Shown here one piece after another: positions 58,920-64,000 of a stretch of DNA of 64,000 bases. The notes beneath the pieces are model-generated. The model was not told the DNA's origin and searched no databases. It saw only the letters and a list, made by a program, of their open reading frames with translations. Numbering within the stretch: the first letter of the stretch is position 1; each line of letters begins with the position of its first letter. Both the position numbers and the translations under genes were made by a program. This DNA is from an uncultured Solirubrobacterales bacterium (GTDB lineage Bacteria; Actinomycetota; Thermoleophilia; Solirubrobacterales; 70-9): positions 55,337-119,336 of the forward strand of contig CAWCRP010000009.1 in the NCBI GenBank assembly GCA_963797995.1. The letters run 5' to 3'.

Positions 58920-59017
58920 GCGCCGCTTGTGGCCCGTCTCAGCCGACGCTTAACAACAACTCAACGAAGGATCCCGGGAAACCGCTCGGTAATGCGGGTT
59001 TCAGCGACGGTTGCGCT

Positions 59018-59047
59018 TTGACACGCCTCCGACCTGATCGGTAGGTT
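59018..59047 (+). promoter_or_regulatory. Candidate promoter of the mce gene array
   Basis: Perfect TTGACA (59018-59023), an 18-nt spacer, then TAGGTT (59042-59047). It lies in a comparatively AT-rich 183-nt intergenic region. Confidence 0.4.
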
Positions 59048-59102
59048 TGCCCGGCGTGGGCCCTGGCCTGCGGCGGTTAGGGATGTACAGGACGAAAGAG
59101 AC

Positions 59103-60563
59103 TTGAGGAACTCGTCAGCCATCGGCCGCGTCGCGGCCCTGATCGCCCTTGCCATCGCCGTGGTCGTCTTGGTGATGCTGTTCACCGGTGGCGAGGACGG
59201 CTACGAGGTCGACCTGACCTTCGAGAACGCCAGCCAGCTCGTCAAGGGCAATGAGGTCGTCGTCGGCGGCGCACCCGCCGGCTCGGTCAAGGCGATCGAG
59301 CTCGGCGACGACAACCAGGCGATCGTCACGATCTCGATCTCCGAGGACTACGCCCCGCTCAAGCGCGGCACCGTCGCCACGGTCAGATCCCCCTCGCTCT
59401 CCCAGGTCGCCGGCCGCCAGGTCCAGCTCACCCTCCCGGTCGACACCCAGGCGGGCGAGGAGATCGCAGACGGCGGCGTCCTGACCCAGGCAGAGACGGT
59501 CTCCGAGGTCGACCTCGACCAGATCTTCAACACCCTCGACCCGAAGACGATCGAGGACTTCAAGCACGTGATCCAGGGCTTCGAGCTCTCCTATGAGGGG
59601 GTCGGAAAGCAAGCCAACGAGGGCGCTCGCTACCTGAACCCGTTCCTCTCCACCTCGAGGCGCGTGTTCAGCGAGCTGACCCGAGACCAGCAGGCGCTCG
59701 AGAACCTGATCGTCGACGGCGCCCAGTTCTCGGGCGCCCTCGCCTCGCGCTCGGGCGACCTCTCCGCCCTGGTCTCGAACCTGAACGTGATGACGAACGC
59801 GATCGGCGATCGCCGCACCGAGCTCGCCGAGGGCATCTCCCTGCTCCCCGACTTCATGCGCCAGGCCAACACCACCTTCGTCAACCTGAGGGCCGCCCTC
59901 GACGACCTCGACCCGCTCGTCGTCGCCTCGCGCCCCGCGGCCCGAGAGCTCGCCCCCTTCCTCGGCGAGCTCCGCGCCGCAGCCTCCGATGCGGTGCCGA
60001 CGATCCGCGACCTCGACGCGATCGCAAAGCGCCCCGGGCGGGCCAACGACCTGGTCGAGCTGACCGCGCTCCAGCCCGCCCTCTCGAAGGCCGCCAACGG
60101 CGCCGGCTCTCCCGATTGCGGCCCCGGGGCCCAAAACGCCGACGATCTGCGGGTCGTCGCCGACGACGACTTCACCCAGGGCGCTTTCGGCGAGTCGGTC
60201 TGCGCGCTCGAGAACGGCCTCGGCGCCCTCTCCTTCTTCCGCGCCTACTCCCCCGACGCCCTCGGCTGGTTCAACACCTTCAGCCACATCGGCGGCATCG
60301 ATGCGACCGGAGGCCTCGCCCGCATCGGCCTGACCCTGAACACCTTCTCGCCGGCGCTCCCGATCCTCCCCGACCTCACCGAGCTGCTCGACCCGAACAA
60401 GGACAACCCGGCGCTCAACTTCGGCGACGTCGCCCGCTGCCCGGGCGCCAACGAGCGCGACCCCGGTGACGGCTCGACCACGTTCACCGACGGTGGGGCG
60501 CTGACCGACGGCTCGGGTGCCAACGGCGAGTGCGACCCGACCCAGGGAGCGACCGGGCCATGA
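59103..60563 (+). CDS. MCE-family (MlaD domain) protein 1
   Basis: The N-terminal TM segment is followed by the MlaD core FENASQLVKGNEVVVGGAPAGSVKAIEL...AIVTISI. Confidence 0.8.
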   Translation: MRNSSAIGRVAALIALAIAVVVLVMLFTGGEDGYEVDLTFENASQLVKGNEVVVGGAPAGSVKAIELGDDNQAIVTISISEDYAPLKRGTVATVRSPSLSQVAGRQVQLTLPVDTQAGEEIADGGVLTQAETVSEVDLDQIFNTLDPKTIEDFKHVIQGFELSYEGVGKQANEGARYLNPFLSTSRRVFSELTRDQQALENLIVDGAQFSGALASRSGDLSALVSNLNVMTNAIGDRRTELAEGISLLPDFMRQANTTFVNLRAALDDLDPLVVASRPAARELAPFLGELRAAASDAVPTIRDLDAIAKRPGRANDLVELTALQPALSKAANGAGSPDCGPGAQNADDLRVVADDDFTQGAFGESVCALENGLGALSFFRAYSPDALGWFNTFSHIGGIDATGGLARIGLTLNTFSPALPILPDLTELLDPNKDNPALNFGDVARCPGANERDPGDGSTTFTDGGALTDGSGANGECDPTQGATGP

Positions 60564-62356
60564 GGCGGATCGCGCTGATCACAGCCCTGTTCGCCGCCAT
60601 CGGAGTCGGCTTCGCCGCGAGCGCCGGCGCTGACGACACCCACGAGTACAAGATCGAGATGTACAACGCCTTCGGGATCGTCGAGGGCTCCGACATCCGC
60701 ATCGCGGGCGTCAACGCCGGTGCGGTCATCGACCTCGACGTGAACGAGGACAAGAATGCCGTGGTCGAGGTCGAGCTCAGCGGCGACCTCGCCGAGCTCG
60801 GCGAGGACACCGAGTGCTCGACCGAGCCGCAGTCGCTGATCGCCGAGTACTTCATCGACTGCGACCCGAAGGGACCGCCGCTCGACGAGGGCGGCACCGT
60901 GCCGGCGGAGCAGGTCTCGCAGACGGTGCAGCCCGACCTCGTCGCGAACACGCTGCGCGAGCCCTACAACCGTCGCCTGCAGCTGCTGATCACCGAGTTC
61001 GGCACCGCGCTCGCGGGCAACGGCGAGCGTCTCAACGAGGCGATCCGGCTTGGCGCGCCGGCGCTGACCGAAACCCGGAAGGCGACGAAGATCCTCGCGG
61101 AGCAGAACCGGATCATCCGCGATCTCAACACGAACTCCGACGTCGTCGTCGCCGAGCTCACCCGCGTGCGCGAGGACGCGGTCGAGTTCGTCGATGAGAC
61201 CGAGGACGCCGCCGCCGCATCGGCGGCACGCCGCGAGGATCTCTCACGGGACTTCGCCCTCCTCGACGACTTCCTCGCCGAGCTCAACCCGACGCTCGCC
61301 GAGCTCGAGAACCTCGCCGTCGAGCAGACGCCGCTGCTCGCGGACCTGCGCGCCTCGGCCTCCGGTCTCAGCACCCTCGCCGTCAACCTCCCCGGATTCA
61401 GCAGTGCGAGCGAGGATGCCCTCGTGTCGCTCGGAGACGCCGCCCGCGTCGGCCAGACCGCGCTCAGCCGCGGCCGCGACGAGATCGAGCTGCTCGCCGA
61501 CGCGGGTCGCAAGGCGCCGGTGACCGCCGAGGCGCTCGCCGACTTCGTCAGCGATATCGACGACCCGCGTCGCTCGGTCGAGATCGATGAGCGTGCGGGA
61601 GTCGACACGGGCCGCACCGACCCGCGAGCCGGCCAGCGGGACACCAAGGGCTATACCGGCTTCGAATCGCTCCTCAACTGGATGTACTACCTCACCGGGA
61701 CCTCGTCGCAGTTCGACCAGATCGCCCACTCGATGCACATCAACCTGAACGCGTTCGAGACCGGGCACTGCGGCCACGCCTTCAGTGGCCGTAGTGAGCA
61801 GGGGGCGGTCGGGGTGCCGGTCGAGGACGGATCGACGCTGACGCCCAACGGCGAGGAAGCCGCACGGTGCGTGCAGTGGCTGGGTCCGAACCAGCCGGGG
61901 ATCAACGAGGACCTCGGCCTGCCGCCATACGATCCGGCCGTTTGCCCGAACGGGACGGCCCCCGACGCCGCTCTCCCGCTCTGCAATCCGGGCACGCCGA
62001 GCCGCAAGCGCGCCAAGTCGGGCTCCTCGTCGCCGGACGACGGGCGCGGCTCGAGCGGCGGCGCGCAGAACGCGACCGGCGCGGAGGATGACGGCGGAGA
62101 TGGCGGCGTCGACGGCACCGGTGCGCCGGCCGAGACGCCGAGCGACGAGCCCGTCGACCCTGGCGGGTCGCCACCCGAGAACCTGCTCGAGGATCTCCTC
62201 GACATTCCCTCCTCCGCGCTCGAGGACCTGCCGAATCAGCTGCAGGACTCCCTGCAGGGACTCGGGAGCGGGACGCAGAACGGCGGAGGCGGCGGGGCAG
62301 CCCTGCCGAGCGCCGAGATGACCGAAGAGCTACTCGACTTCCTGTTCGCGAACTGA
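60560..62356 (+). CDS. MCE-family (MlaD domain) protein 2 with an acidic Gly/Asp-rich tail
   Basis: The ATG overlaps the previous TGA. MlaD core: MYNAFGIVEGSDIRIAGVNAGAVIDLDV. The C-terminal ~120 aa are low-complexity. Confidence 0.8.
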   Translation: MRRIALITALFAAIGVGFAASAGADDTHEYKIEMYNAFGIVEGSDIRIAGVNAGAVIDLDVNEDKNAVVEVELSGDLAELGEDTECSTEPQSLIAEYFIDCDPKGPPLDEGGTVPAEQVSQTVQPDLVANTLREPYNRRLQLLITEFGTALAGNGERLNEAIRLGAPALTETRKATKILAEQNRIIRDLNTNSDVVVAELTRVREDAVEFVDETEDAAAASAARREDLSRDFALLDDFLAELNPTLAELENLAVEQTPLLADLRASASGLSTLAVNLPGFSSASEDALVSLGDAARVGQTALSRGRDEIELLADAGRKAPVTAEALADFVSDIDDPRRSVEIDERAGVDTGRTDPRAGQRDTKGYTGFESLLNWMYYLTGTSSQFDQIAHSMHINLNAFETGHCGHAFSGRSEQGAVGVPVEDGSTLTPNGEEAARCVQWLGPNQPGINEDLGLPPYDPAVCPNGTAPDAALPLCNPGTPSRKRAKSGSSSPDDGRGSSGGAQNATGAEDDGGDGGVDGTGAPAETPSDEPVDPGGSPPENLLEDLLDIPSSALEDLPNQLQDSLQGLGSGTQNGGGGGAALPSAEMTEELLDFLFAN

Positions 62357-62399
62357 TGACCAACGCCCAGACAGAGACGCGGAAGCGGGGAGCCCGGCG

Positions 62400-64000
62400 A
62401 TGAGGCGCAGCCCTCTCGGGAGCCTCGCCGCATCGCCGACGATGGTCGGCGCGGTCACGGTGCTGATCGCGATCGTCGCTGTCTTCCTCGCCTATAACGC
62501 GAACAGCGGGCTCCCGTTCGTGCCCGTTTACCGGGTTTCCGTGGAGGTCCCGAACGCCGCGCGCGTCATCAACAACAACGAGGTCCGAATCGGCGGCCAC
62601 CGGGTCGGTGTGGTCGAGTCGATCGACCCTGTGGCCGAGACCGAGTCGAGGGCGGGCGAGGGTGACGGGGGCGCGGTCGCGAGGCTGAACCTGAAGCTCG
62701 ACAAGTCGGCCGGGCCGTTGCCGATGGACTCCGTATTCCGAGTCCGCTACCGCTCCGCATTCGGGCTCAAGTACCTCGAGATCATCCGCGGCGTCGGCGA
62801 TCCCGCCCCCGAAGCGCACTCCTTCATCGGCACCGACGACGAGACCGTCTGCCAGTTGCCCGTCAACCCGGCGACGTTCGCTTCCCAGCTCTCCGACAGC
62901 GCCCGCAACGGCTGCTTCCAGGAGCAAACGGAGTTCGACGACATCGGCAACACCTTCGACGCGCCCACGCGGGAGAACGTGCGCGCGAACCTCGACGGAT
63001 ACGGCGATGGGTTCGCCGCGCGCGGCACCTCGCTGAACGACGCGGTCGCCAGCCTCGAACCGCTCTTCCGCGGCCTGCGCCCGGTCGCCGAGACGCTGAC
63101 CGCTCCCGACACGCGCCTACGCCGGCTGTTCCCCGAGCTCGGTGATGCGGCGCGCATCGTCGCCCCGGTGGCTGTCGAGCAGGCCGAGCTCTTCGGGTAC
63201 GCGGCACGCGCTTTCGCGGCGATCTCCTCCGACACCGCGGCTCTCCAGGAGACGATCTCCGAGGGCGTGCCGACGCTCGAGACGGGGATCGAGGTGCTGC
63301 CGGAGCAGCGCCTCTTCCTGCGCGACTTCGCCGCGCTCTCGCGCGAGCTCCGCCCGGGTGTCGCCGACCTGCGCACGACGCTGCCGGTCCTGAACGAGGC
63401 GATCGAGGTCGGGACGCCGGTGCTCGCCAGGTCGCCGGCGATGAACCAACGCCTCGAGGCCGCCCTTCTCGAGCTCGACCGCCTCGTTGCGCAGCCGACG
63501 ACCAGAATCTCGCTGCAACGGCTCGGCGACACCTTCGACGTCGCCGCGCCGCTCTCGAAGTACGTCGTCCCGGCGCAGACCGTCTGCAACTACTTCAACT
63601 ACTACTTCACCTACTTCGCAGAGTCCTTCTCGCAGGAGACCACCACCGGCTACTCGTACCGGCAGAGCGCTACCGGCGCGCCGCTGCCGTTCGAGGCCGA
63701 GGCGAGCGTCGGCGCGTATTCCGGGCGCACCGCGAGCGGTCGCGCGAACAGCGCACTCGGAAACACCTTCGAGCCGTTCGACATCCCGATCGCGAATGCC
63801 GGGCCGTACATGCCCGCGGGGCAGCACGACGCCGACTGCCAGCTCGGTCAGCGCGGCTATCCGCTGGGTGCGGCCCCGCTCCCCGGCCAGCCCGCCAACA
63901 TCGCAGCCAACCTGGTCTCCGACCTGCCCGGCTCGCGCGGGCCGACGACCGTGTTCTGGAACGCCGACCAGCAGCGTGAGTTCGTCGACACGCGGGTCGA
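62400..64000 (+). CDS. MCE-family (MlaD domain) protein 3, 3' end outside the window
   Basis: It is not in the ORF track because no stop lies in the window. Hand translation from ATG 62400 gives MRRSPLGSLAASPTMVGAVTVLIAIVAVFLAYNA...VPNAARVINNNEVRIGGHRVGVVESI, open to nt 64000. Confidence 0.75.
   Translation, partial: MRRSPLGSLAASPTMVGAVTVLIAIVAVFLAYNANSGLPFVPVYRVSVEVPNAARVINNNEVRIGGHRVGVVESIDPVAETESRAGEGDGGAVARLNLKLDKSAGPLPMDSVFRVRYRSAFGLKYLEIIRGVGDPAPEAHSFIGTDDETVCQLPVNPATFASQLSDSARNGCFQEQTEFDDIGNTFDAPTRENVRANLDGYGDGFAARGTSLNDAVASLEPLFRGLRPVAETLTAPDTRLRRLFPELGDAARIVAPVAVEQAELFGYAARAFAAISSDTAALQETISEGVPTLETGIEVLPEQRLFLRDFAALSRELRPGVADLRTTLPVLNEAIEVGTPVLARSPAMNQRLEAALLELDRLVAQPTTRISLQRLGDTFDVAAPLSKYVVPAQTVCNYFNYYFTYFAESFSQETTTGYSYRQSATGAPLPFEAEASVGAYSGRTASGRANSALGNTFEPFDIPIANAGPYMPAGQHDADCQLGQRGYPLGAAPLPGQPANIAANLVSDLPGSRGPTTVFWNADQQREFVDTRV

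Overview
Very GC-rich (by eye about 70% G+C, not computed) chromosomal window with Actinomycetota-like gene content, possibly a Thermoleophilia or Rubrobacteria-type lineage (low confidence). I found no rRNA, CRISPR array, transposase, integrase or phage genes, and only one tRNA, tRNA-Pro(CGG). Four blocks are visible. (1) 0-20 kb holds housekeeping and envelope genes: surE, NAD-dependent ligA, a PBP4-type dacB, patatin, sulfatase, acyl-CoA ligase, an MFS transporter, Nif3, DsbA-like and TVP38. (2) 18.6-34.6 kb is a molybdenum island. It carries mog, an in-frame moaE-moaC fusion preceded by moaD, moeA, mobA, moaA, a YdeP/FdhF-like Mo-enzyme with fdhD, a second molybdopterin oxidoreductase with a DUF6457-like partner, and an HTH-TOBE regulator fused to modABC. 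(3) 38.06-53.62 kb is a tightly coupled 17-gene group 1h (high-affinity, Hhy-type) [NiFe]-hydrogenase cluster containing several proteins of unknown function. (4) 53.7-64 kb holds secreted, redox and Mce genes: a GMC oxidoreductase, a cupredoxin, a beta-helix protein, a lipoprotein and at least 3 MlaD/Mce proteins. The main non-gene signal is an unrecognised GC-rich palindromic intergenic repeat with six copies, all within the first 20.4 kb. There is also a major caveat. The sequence has dozens of single-nucleotide frame breaks confined to three blocks (1-3.7 kb, 19.9-31.8 kb and hypF), while many long neighbouring genes are intact. These are more likely local consensus errors than real pseudogenes. 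Affected loci are therefore reported as single loci flagged as frameshifted as assembled. The most interesting unexplained biology is the set of uncharacterised accessory genes inside the hydrogenase cluster.
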